Assembly (NCBI GenBank): GCA_046563655.1
Contig: CM102288.1
Span: forward strand, 806,001 to 870,000
DNA: 64,000 nucleotides
DNA from: Yuukianura sp. NJ FZ-2021
Lineage: Eukaryota
Direction: 5' to 3'
Part shown: one piece after another, positions 38,992 through 50,100 of the stretch
Position numbering within the stretch: the first letter of the stretch is position 1
Layout of the letters: each line of letters begins with the position of its first letter
Notes under the pieces: generated by a model
Seen by the model: only the letters and a program-made list of their open reading frames with translations
Told to the model about the DNA's origin: nothing
Databases searched by the model: none
Made by a program: the position numbers and the translations under genes

Positions 38992-40992
38992 ATGTCGTTG
39001 GCTGAAGAACTGCTGGCTGACTTAGAAGAAGGAGACGATGATGAAGAAGCGCTTGAAGCTGAACTGGATGTGAAGGTCGGTATGGAAATGCATGCCAGTT
39101 CAGGGAATGGACATCAGGGAAACGGATCTAATGAAACTCCAATGGAAATAGACAAACCTATAGTAAAAAGTAAGGCCCTGACGATTGAAAATGGAATTGA
39201 TTGCTTATTTTTCTTTCATTCTGTGTTTGTATGACGTTATTTTCAGAAGCGGTGGAGCCTGTTGCACTGGAATGTGTCCGTCAGATATGTCATCTTTACG
39301 ACTCTGACCACCTCAAGGACATTTTAAGCCAGATTGAACAAAATAATCAAATTCCACGCAGAGCGGAGGATATTTCTGGACCAGTTGAAGCCGACCCAGA
39401 GTATCAGCTGATTGTAGAAGCCAATTCACTTGCTGTTGACATTGACAATGAAATCAATACTATTCACAAGTTTACAAAAGACAAGTACAACAAACGATTT
39501 CCGGAGTTAGAGTCGCTTGTCCCTGGTCCATTGGACTATCTCAAAACTTGCAAGGAATTGGGAAATGACTTGGAGAAGGCAAAAAACAATGTCAATCTTC
39601 CAACGTTTCTCACGCAAGCTACAATTATGGTTGTTTCCGTCACAGCGTCAACGACACACGGGTGAAATTACTATCATTTTTACTAGATTTGGGTTTATCA
39701 CCGAGTTTTGAACTTTCAAATCCTTTTTCAGGCAAATCTTATCCACGGATGAAATGAAGAATATTTTTGAAGCCTGTGACATGGCACTGGAGCTGAATGA
39801 AATCAAATTGAAGATCTACGCATACGTTGAGGCCAGAATGGCTTTCATTGCTCCAAATGTGTCTGCCATTGTAGGGTCTGCCACCGCTGCAAAATTGATG
39901 GGTAACGATTCTGAAACGTTACAATTTTATACTAAGAAAAAATCGAAATTCATTCGTTTTCTAGGTATTGCTGGAGGGTTGACCAGGTTATCCAAAATAC
40001 CGTCATGCAATGTCCAAGTTCTCGGAGCTCAAAAGAAAACGTTGGCAGGATTTTCTCAAACTGCAATTCTTCCACATACTGGTTTCATCTACTACTGTGA
40101 CCTCGTTCAAGACACTCCTCCGGTAAACTTGCTGTTTTAAAACTTCATGAGTCTACTTTTGTAGTTTGTTTTCAGTTTTCGTAACTTTCAAGAATTTGAA
40201 TCTTTTGTTCTTTCAACTTTCTTCGGTTTTAGGACTGGCGCTCCCGAGCAGCAAAGATGGCAGCAGCAAAATGTGTTCTGGCTGCTCGCGTGGACGCTTG
40301 TCATGAAAGTCAAGATGGATCTGCCGGCAGACGATTCCGGGAAGACATTGAGAAGAAGCTCGAAAAATTACAAGTTAGTCAACTTTCTAAAAAGTAAGAA
40401 CTTAATTTCAAAGTGTGACAATTGATCAATCTTGTATGTTCAGGAACCTCCTCCAGTCAAGTTTGCTAAACCACTTCCGAAACCAGTCGATCCGCCTAAG
40501 AAACGTCGTGGCGGGAAACGAGTTCGGAAGATGAAGGAACGATTTGCCGTTACCGAGTTACGGAAACATGCAAACCGAACGACTTTTGGAGACGTAAGGG
40601 TCTATTTCAACCAAAAAATTTTGTCTTTCAAAATCAAAATCAAAGTTTTTAATTTTCAGATTGCAGAAGATGCTTACCAAAGCGACCTTGGCTACAATAG
40701 AGGTCAGTTGGGAAAATCCGGCACCGGGAAAGTCCGTGCAGCTCCGGTTGATGAAAAAACGAAAGTCCGAATTTCCAAAACCCTTCAGAAGAGTCTTCAA
40801 AAGCAACAAGTCTACGGTGGTTCTACAACTATCAAAAAACAAGTTTCTGGAACTGCTTCCAGTGTTGCTTTTACGCCTCTCCAGGGATTGGAAATCGTAA
40901 ATCCACAAGCAGCCGAACAGAGAGTGAACGAGGCTAACGCAAAATACTTTTCCACAAGTGGAACATTCTTCAACGTTACCACGAAAAAGTAA
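38992..40992 (+). CDS. PRPF31: U4/U6 snRNP protein Prp31, multi-exon
   Basis: MSLAEELLADLEE; GPVEADPEYQLIVEAN; KYNKRFPELESLV; LTQATIMVVSVTASTT; KKRRGGKRVRKMKER; SGTASSVAFTPLQGLEIVNPQA. Confidence 0.97.
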
Positions 40993-41174
40993 ATCCAGCA
41001 GAAAATGTAAGTTAAATATTTTTCATGAATTTGAAAAATATGGAAAAGATGAGTTCGTTTTTTGAATTTTTATTTTGAGTTTGACCCAGGTCAGGTCAAA
41101 CTTTATCTTCAAGACTTAACAGTTTTGAGTAAATGTTCAACTTAAGTATATTTATAACACAAATATTTTGTTTT

Positions 41175-44100
41175 TCATTGTTTTCCGTATTTTGAAGAGA
41201 ATGGGCCTTCACTTGTCTGAACTCCGCCATCTTGTGATTGGTGAAGTCCAGCGTTGAAGGCCAGATAAGGCACGCTTTCACTTTGTATTGTTTGACTTGC
41301 GCTTTCACTCGGAGATTTCTTGACTGGTTTCGTTTCATTCCGATACTGAAGTGCAAATTTGAGCTCTTTCCAAATTTCTAACCAAATGGAACGCTAAAAA
41401 AAGAAAAATTTTCAACTTACTCAATATTTTCAAATTGGTAGAAAAAATTCCTAGGTGTTTCAAAATTTTACGTTTAGTTTTAAAAGCGAAAGTTAGATCG
41501 TAGCGTCATGCTGTCTATAAAAAGTTTGGATTCAATAAAAGTGAAACGTGAAAAGTGAAAGTGCAGAAAGCTTACCTCGAATGGTTTTGAACGTTAGTGT
41601 TGAATACACTTTTTTCAACCATTTTCAAAAACTGGTTAGTTGTTCTTTGTTCAAACACATTGTTTAGTATTGTTATTGGTTAGAAGACAATTCAATTTCC
41701 TCCAATCCCGTTTTTCGCCTAACCTGCGCGCCTTCTTTTCTAAGTTTTCGCGCTTTCCACATAAATTCAAAAATGCCCATGATGATTGCCATGATGCATC
41801 CTCCAAGTAGTACGACAAATACGCCTCCTACGTGACCCAAGGTCAACGGTTTTGCTCCGAAATCTGAAGACGCTTCAGCCTGATTTTCAAAATTTCAAAA
41901 AAAAAAAATCAGTTTTTAAAAAATTTACTTTTTTTTTGTAAATTTTAACTCTTACTTTACACTTTCCACCTCCACGATCCTTCCACCATCGTTTTTTGAG
42001 CATTTCCAATTCCCCTGTTTGAGCCATATCGAGCAACTGAATGTTAAAGGTATCGCGGAATTTCCAACCTGAAATTTCAAAAATTCGGGTTTTCACAAAA
42101 ACGTGCCAGAGATTTTGTGGAATTTGGATTTGAACTGTTTTTTGAAAAAAAAAAATGTCAAAAATCAGTTTTTATTGAAAGCGTGTGTTTCCTCTTACCT
42201 TTTCTAAATCCAATTCCAAATCCCTTTGAGTCCAATGGAACTCCAAGTTGAATTAAAGTGCAGTCACGCTCCACTTCATACTCAATTGAAGAAGATTCCA
42301 TGAAGAAAGCAAATTCACCTTTGGAATTTCGCACTTTCTCTACACCGTCTTTCGTGCTCTTTACATGTGGAGACGGAGACATCGCTGCCATGTTCTTCCC
42401 GATTTCAGCGTACAGTGGAAATTTTGAATACTGGAGATGCATTTTTGAAATTTAGGTAAATAGTCTTGAAATTTTTGAATATCGTGACCTTTGACCTTAC
42501 TTTGAAAAAATCGTTGGTGCTTCCTGACATAAGTGTTCCGTATTTGACTTTTGTTTGTTTGGGAAGATCTTTGATGTCCTTGATGCCTTCAACCATGCCT
42601 TCGCGGGTCAAAAATGCTGCCAAGTTGGCAGTATATGACGAAATCAAAATTAAAGTGAAAAACCACCAGATTCCGGCCACCATCCGAGTTGAGCCGGCCC
42701 TGGAAGTGCCACAACAAGGTCAAGTACAACAGGTTTTGAGGTAGGTGGGGTCATGCGAGGTCAAAGGCCACTGACAAAACGGTACTATGAAGCGGTACTG
42801 TGAAGCGGTACCGTGAAGCGGTACTGTTGAAGGATGCTTACTTAGGTAGGATGTCACATCCTTGTTGCATAAGCGTTCCCAGTGTGAACCACAAGCTGTT
42901 TGTGAGGTGCAGCGTAAGCTCCAGTTCAGCGGGAGGTTCAACGCAAGGATGAGGATTCAGCCATTCATAAGGAGTGATTCTGCCAAACACAAAAAGTTAC
43001 CGTATTTATTCAACATGCCACAAATTCAAAATTTTTATAGTGCATTTCTAAATTTTTTGAAATTTCTAAATTGTGAAACCTTAGAAAAAATACGGTAGAC
43101 TTAAATTATGTCGCCGTAGGAGTTGGAGCATAAAAAAAGTACGGTAGAGGAGCAGCCAAAACTACGCGGGGTCAAATCTCAAATTCAAAAAAAGTAACGG
43201 TGTATGACCAACAGGGTCAAAGGTCAAGGTTGAGAGGTCAAAGGTCAAAGTGGAAAGGTCAAAGGTAAAAGTTGAGAGGTCAAAGGTCAAGTTGCTACGT
43301 ACTTGGGCAGTATGTCGCTCCCTCCACCCACAAGTGACCCCATGACCAACCAATGGATATTTATTAAACTAAAGGGATTCTCTAGCACTTCCTCGTCATT
43401 ACTTCCACTGGAGGTCACTTGCCACTCCTTTGGCTCAATTCTACAAAATTTTCCAATATTTCAAAAACGAACTTTGAAAAAAAGTTTCGAAATTTTGACT
43501 ATATTTTACCTTGCCAAAATGAAAAGGACGAGTGTAACTCCGAGATAGGCAGTGGCCATGTAGATCCAAACTTCGTAGTGAAATGGATCCAAAAACGAAA
43601 ATAAATTCGGAGCACTTTTTTCTGGCTTCTTGTACAAAATACTGATTCCAATGTTCATAAACGGCAGGGAAAAGTCAATCTGAAAAAAAATTTGTATCCA
43701 TTTTGAAAAACTTTCACTTTTTGAAAAAAAGAAAAAAGTTTTCCAAAAACTTACAACGCTTGCCCTCTTTGAAGTGATACTAATGTCACCTATTGCTAAA
43801 TCAGCTTTCTTGAAAATAGGAAGAAAGAAAATCAAAATCAGATCTTTTGACTTCATAATTTTAATTTAAAACAAAATTAACCAAAACTAAGTTGAATTAA
43901 TTATGATTAAGTTAATTAGTAACACTTACTTCGTCCAGAATTTCTCCCACGAGTCCATTCCATCCATGTTTGTAGTTTGTATCGTTCGTCTCTGAGCCCA
44001 TGTTCCCATCTTCCACTTTCCGAAATTTGTATTTAAAACCTGTTCTATTTGATAACGCTCCAATTAAGTCCACTGCATAACCTATAGGATCCTCATCGTT

Positions 44101-47100
44101 GTCAGGGAACATGACGTATGGCTCGCTCTGAAATGACACCAAAAATTTCAAAATTTTGTAAATTTTGATTTTGGAAATTTTGATTTTGGAATTACATTTT
44201 TGGAAGTAACGATGAGTGTCATTCCCTGGAGTTCTTCAGTTCTGTGCCTCAACGTTTCGTTTTCTAATCGCAGCCATTCAAGATGCTTCGGTAGGGATGG
44301 ATTCCACTCTCCAATTTTCGTAATATTCTTTCCAAAAAAACGTAAAATCAAAATTCAGTTGTTTATTTCCAAATTTTGAACTTTCCGAAAATTTTTCGAA
44401 AAAGAAGAGAAAGTCCTACTGACCTTCTTCGATATTTCCATGACGTCCAACTTGAACTTTCTCCGCTTTCCATCCGGATCGATATGAATAGTTCCACTGA
44501 GGCCGTCGAATGTAACCTAAATTAGTTTTAATTATTTATATTATATATTTTAATTATTTTTATTATATTATTATAATTGAAACCTGTTTCAATGCAGTAA
44601 TGAAATCTTGTCCCTGTGACCAAGGATACACTGTGTGTGAATACGTATCACAGTTGAGTATTTCTGGCGCAAATGCTTGCGGCATTTCAATTGGTTGATG
44701 CAGCCCTAGCACAAATAGTTCCATTGCGTCATAAATCAAGGCCGTGTCTACCTGCAGGCGATGTTTTAGAACAATTAAAATTTTTCAATTTTTGAAAAAA
44801 TTTTCAAAATCTGATTTTTACCATAATGGTAGTGAACGTGTAATTCGGAAACGGTTTTTGATCATACTGAAAATTGAGAAACTTCGGGAGTACGAAGGGA
44901 TCTTCTCCGAAGAAATGCGGAGATCTGCGGGAAACTGCTGAGCGAAAGTGCCACGAATCCAAGATGCTTTGAAGTTTGAGATTGGTTGGATCAACCAATC
45001 GCAGAGCAGTGACATTGGCCAATGAAAATGCTTCATCTCTCGTGTCCAGAACATGGATGTCCAGAGATGTCAAAAAGTACTTGTGATTATGCGTCAACAT
45101 GTTCTCGGTTTTGGCGTCTTGAAAGATTCGAGGAAGCTTGGAAGACTGACAGTCCAGAATGACGCGGTCAATGTCATTGTAATTTGTTCTCAAATCTTTC
45201 ATCAATGGTCTAAAATGGAGTTTCAAAATTTTTCAAATTTCAGGAAAAAATTTTTTTGGAGAAAGTTGGAAAAAACTTTCACCTGAAATCGTCTGCTTCT
45301 TCTCCAACAGGTAGCTGCTTGACGACGTACTGCTTAATCACTTTCCCGGTTAATTCAAAAATTCCTTGCAATCGGACCAAACTTTCATTGTTTTCGTAAA
45401 TTATTATAACACTGGACCATCCCCAGTCTTGAATCACGTCAGCATAAGCCTGAAATTTCAAAAAAACGAAAAAAAAAATTGAAAAAACAGTTTTGTCAAA
45501 TTTTCTGTCTGGAGTTCTAAGAATAAAGTAATAAAAATGACAATCATGAAATTTTTGCCGGAATGCGAAATGACACACAAAGCTATAACTTTCTCCGTCT
45601 GCATTTTCACTCTCCTCCTCCCTCCCTCCTCCTCCTCCTCCTCCCTCCTCCTCCTCACTCCACATTTTGTGTGTCATATCATTTGCCTTTAATTCAGATC
45701 AAACCGAATGAGAAAAGTTTGGACGTAAAATCAAAGATAAAAGCCTGCAAACTTCTTTTTTTGGACGAACTTGTCCATGAGTAGAAAGTAGAAACGAAGA
45801 TGCTCCAGTTTCTGGTATGGAACTTTTCCAGTCCGTGATGCATCAAGATCATGTTCAGAACAGAACTAAAAAAAACATGTTTGAGACAGCAGCATATCCA
45901 TAAGAACACTTTATGCATTTGACTTTCCTTGGCCCTCGCTTTCTCCATTCCTCTCTTACTTAAGCCTACACTTTAACTTTTGTCGTCAAACAAATTTTGA
46001 ACTTATATTTTTTTCGTTCACAACTTTCGACAATTTTTGCATGCCATGTCTTCACCAATTCGTCACGCTTTTACAAAACTATGAAGATATGCGATTTTAA
46101 TCCGACTTTTGGCAAGCTTAGGCTAGGTTTAGGCTCAGGATTTTGCAAAGTGGCCATTTAGCTAAGACGTGACTTTGACCTCAAAAGCCTTCTCTCACGT
46201 GACTCTTTTCTAGAAAAATCTTCAGTGAAAGTTATGCAAAAGAAAATTGCATCAGTTCTGTCAAACACGGAAACAAAAAAAAAATATATTGAAGTAAGGA
46301 TTTAGTACACACTTGTGTCCATTGGTCAATTAATGTAATAAATTTAAATAAAACATATAAAAACCCAAAATGACCTTGACCTTTGCTATTTTCAAGACCA
46401 TAATAGTAGTGCGTAATTTTGATATGTCAATTGAGTTTTTTTTTTAATTTCAGAAAAATAATTATAGCCTAACTTTTTTGTTTTGAAAGAAAGTTACCAT
46501 GCTGAGTGTGGCCGGATGGGGGAACAAGTTGATTAGATATTGTCCTTGACTTCCTCTAAAGTCCCACTTGGTTTCAATGCGCGGAATATTGAACACTTCA
46601 GCAACGGACTGAACGTGACTCGCAGTGGTGGGGGTTTGTGGACCAATTAACCCCCCAATTCCTTCTTTCAGCAAAGCACACACTGGAAATCAACAGAACA
46701 ATACTCTTAATTAATAGGCTTAAACTGAATGTCTATTCCGTTTACACATACGCAATATACTCCTCAATTCAACCAAACATAGACACATCCGCTAATTCAG
46801 CTGAATACATGCAGTCAGAGATGCCTCAATTCAACCGAACAGCCACTTTACGCCCACACAAAGACAAAAACAGAAACAAGGAGAAAGTGGATGGGTCAAA
46901 TTGGCTTAATTTGGGAAATGGCGCAACAAATTCTAATTTACTTAACAAACAAACAACCTAACCAATTTTTAGTCTATTCAAATATTCAAAAAACTTTTCC
47001 CATTTTTTTTTCAAAAGTAGCTTTTTTGAAAGTTTTGTGTTTTAAAAAACTTTGGAATTTTTTCTCTTGTTTTGGAGAAAGTTTTTCATGCTGTGAATGT

Positions 47101-50100
47101 TTAAAGAGTAGTTTGAACATTTTTGGAGTACGCAATTTGGTTTTATTTTCAAACCGTAGGTAGTCCCAAGAGAGCTTGTCATTTGTTTTTATTACCAAAA
47201 CTTTTTTTTAGAAAAACAACTTTAAAAAACGGGCTCCTGTCATCAGATTTTTTTTAGAAAAACAAATTTCCCTTCTCTATTTTGGATAAAAACAGAAGTG
47301 AAAGCAAGAAGATTTTTAGAATCAAAAGAAAACAAGATTTTTTTTGCTACAAGTAGAACCTGTCACTTTCTCACTCAGCTATGATGTGTTACATGGTTTT
47401 CACATTTTCATTTTTCAAAAAAGTTAGTTTTTTAGAAAAACATTTTTGAAAAATTGTTTGAATAACGTGTGGTTGTTTCATAGGCTGAAGAAAGTGGAGA
47501 AATTGTGAAATGGATCGGATATGGAGAAAGAACTTTCACCGAGGGAGAAAGAGAGCAGCGGGGGTGGTTACTGTTGCCAAAATGTTTGTAACGTAACCTA
47601 TTTTTGGTGTAACTAGAAGGTTACAAATGGTTACACCATGTTTCATGTGTCATGTGGTTGCATTTTACAGTTCTTAGGAAACATTAGCATAACAATCATC
47701 ACAAATAGCTACATTTGTGACTTACTGACGTTGTAAACTTGTCGGTTAATAACCGAAACTTCCTTTTCTTTTTGCAACTCAGGAAAATTTAACCACAATT
47801 CAAAACACACTCAAAAGTTATTAAACTGCAAAGCTGTCGTCAGTTGAATCTTGACTTGTGGATAAAAAGTTCCATTTTTTGAAATTATGAAAGTTGCTAA
47901 ATTTATTCTTTTTTTTTCGACATTTTTGATCGTTTCAATTGCCTATTCAGGTAAACTACTCTAAAAAACACAAACACAATTTGATTAAATCACAAACACC
48001 AAAATTCAAATTCACAAAAAAGAAAAGAAAATGAAATTAAAAAATAAAATAATAAAAAATCTCCAAAAACTTTGGACTTACAAAATTTTGTTAATTTAAA
48101 AAACGCGAGTGGAGTGGAAAAAACTTTCATATAAATTTGTTAGTTATATGCTTTTTTATTTTTTCTTTAAGATGGATTCGAGTGTTTTCAATGCAATTCC
48201 TACAAAGACAAAGATTGTGACGCTGCTCAGCCGCCTGCACACTACCTCAAACCGTGTAATATTAGCGTGACCAAAGGAATTTGCTTCCAGAACACAACTG
48301 GCTTGGACATTGACACGACGTGTCAAGAGGTCAGATCTCAATGTCAACCGACTCCCTTTAGAAACTGTAACAATGTCACCAATGTCACCCAATGTCAACC
48401 GACTCCTTTTACGCCCTGTGACGATGTCACCCTGGCACAAGAAATTCCCGTTACAACTTTCATTTGTCGCAAGTCAGTTACTTCCGTCTACGGAACTTTT
48501 GTGTCTGAACGAGGAGACACCAAAGTAGAACGGCGTAAGTTTGTACAAACATGACTTTAAGACAGTTGTTTTAAAAAATTCATGTTTTCTGAAAATTCCA
48601 ACTTGAGAATTCCGAGTGTAAACAAACTTTCTCTTTTTAAAATTTTTGTCGCTTTTTATTTCAGGCCAAACGAAAGCTCGCGTAGCGCGTGACTGTGGTT
48701 ACATTTTTTCTAAGACGGAGGCCGCGGGATGTTTTAGACGCGGAAATGGCGGAAGCTCTCAAGTCAGTTGCCTCTGCCGAAAAAGCGGATGCAACCATGC
48801 TGAGCTACAAACTTCGCTTCAACGCTTCCTCCTCTTCATGCTTCTGCTAATCCTGGAATTCGTCTGGACTGTTCTAAGTTACAACTTCTAAGTTACAACT
48901 TGTAACAGTCATTTCTTGATGAAACTCAAACCAACCAGTTCTAACTTGTTACTAAAAACACTAAAACTTCTCAATCTCTGTCATCATTTTTACGAAATAA
49001 ATTCTCTCTGTCTTCATTGGATTTCTTTCCTCCAGGGAGAAAGTTGCTCTTTTACTTTCATAAAAAAAAAACTGAGTCGGAGAAAACGCATCTGAGACGC
49101 AAGAGAAAGAAGTCATTTACAACACACTTTACAAGTGAAAATTTACAAGTTGTTTGAGTAGTTCCGAAATAGCTTTTTAAAACAAGTGCTTTGAAGAAAG
49201 AGATGGAGGGAGTAACTATAGCGGGAAAAAAATGAAGGGAGTAACTATGAACATGACTAGGCTTGAGAATATGGAGGGAGTAACTATGAACATGACTTGG
49301 CTAGGGAATATGATGGAGGGAGTAACTACTTTTGAAACAGTTGGAGAGGGGGAGGAAGTAACTATTTTTGGCGGGAAAAGGAAGTGGAGAAAATTACTTT
49401 TGAAAATTAGAGGCAAGAGAAAGTTGTAGAAATATTTCGTGCTTGTAGCACTATTTTGAAGTACGTGTTTAAGAATTACAAGATAAGTTATGTTAGAATT
49501 AGTTTTAATTAATTCTCACTAACTTTTTGGTTTTTGGGGGAAGAAAGGAGAAAGTTATCTTTGTAAGATTTTTTCTGGTTAAAAATTTTTCTTTTGCGTT
49601 TCCTGTTACACAAATGATTACACAAATAAAATTGAATTGAGGGAGAAAGCTAAAAATTGATCTTAGTTTTGCTGTCGCCGCTTCTATAACAGCCTCTGCT
49701 ATGCTGCTTTCTTTTCTTTAATGTTCCACGAATTGTGAAAGTTTACAACTTCCTCTGTCAGCACATTGGTCAGCACCGGATATCAAACCTGTCTAGCCGC
49801 CTTCCTTCAACTTTCGCCCAACCGATTAACTTCGCTTCACTAAAAAAAACTTTCAAAGGAAAATTCTTACTTTTGAATTTACAAACTTCAAAACTCACGT
49901 TAAAGCCCGAACAATTTCAAAACTGTTCTAAAATGTAACAGCCGAGGGAAAGTGAAAGTTCTTTCACTTCGCACAGCTTTTGTTAATGAAGTGACAGCTT
50001 CTTCATAAACCATTTTTATGTTAATTTGTGTTTCAAATATATTAATTAACAATATAAATAATAAATAATAGTTGTAGTTTTGTACCTTGTTTGGAGGCGT

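Noticed and set aside
42700..42979. Q/R-site A-to-I editing complementary sequence downstream of exon B
   Set aside because: No extended intronic complement to the CAA CAA region is visible.
45694..45948. Extra alternative ATD exon of the glutamate receptor
   Set aside because: No convincing similarity to the neighbouring exon and no phase-compatible splice pair found.
49203..49365. CRISPR-like array, 28S rRNA fragment (GGGAGTAACTATGA), or target sites for a small RNA from the 16.3-kb hairpin (15-nt match to 16323-16337)
   Set aside because: Eukaryotic context, no cas genes, and the spacers resemble each other. The rRNA similarity does not extend beyond about 14 nt. A few 15-nt matches are expected by chance in 64 kb.
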